Source: Raillietiella orientalis (Eukaryota). From it: DNA of 64,000 nt. This document shows, one piece after another, positions 63,901 through 64,000 of the stretch (the stretch's first letter is position 1; every line of letters starts with the position of its first letter). Made by a program: the position numbers and the translations under genes. Below the pieces are notes generated by a model that had not been told where the DNA came from, did no database searches, and saw nothing but the letters and a program-made list of their open reading frames with translations. The stretch is from NCBI GenBank assembly GCA_036172245.1, contig JAYWIR010000033.1, forward strand, positions 1,612,001 through 1,676,000. Reading direction: 5' to 3'.

Positions 63901-64000
63901 ACCTCACGCCAGCGTCCAGCTCTTCGTTGCAACTCGACGATTTCTCCATCCGCTTTCTATTCTTCCATTGGCCTGTAGCTGACTGCCTTTCTCGCGTTCT

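Noticed and set aside
1..64000. Hammerhead ribozymes, non-canonical splice sites or recoded stop codons
   Set aside because: The CTGATGA occurrences I checked lack flanking stems. Both genes use GT-AG introns and translate cleanly with the standard code.

Overview
Eukaryotic (metazoan, probably invertebrate) genomic DNA. Two spliced genes can be rebuilt exon by exon on the + strand. One is a compact, AT-rich carnitine palmitoyltransferase 1 (24470..28999; 17 exons, 764 aa, 14 introns of 41-61 nt). The other is a GC-rich lysosomal glucosylceramidase (GH30; 33291..53994; 9 exons, 504 aa) whose introns are swollen by transposon debris. Most of the rest is decayed non-LTR retrotransposon sequence (L1/Tx1-like), so nearly all long six-frame ORFs are spurious. 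There is also a piggyBac remnant and a short Mer3/HFM1-like fragment. Notable structure: a near-identical inverted duplication (1..1983 vs 6057..8040) with a homeologous inner breakpoint, LINE 3' ends sharing hairpins whose sequence varies while pairing is kept, a perfect 76-bp palindrome and a ~0.9 kb diverged fold-back element. I see no convincing wholly new multi-gene system. TE boundaries are approximate and read by eye.
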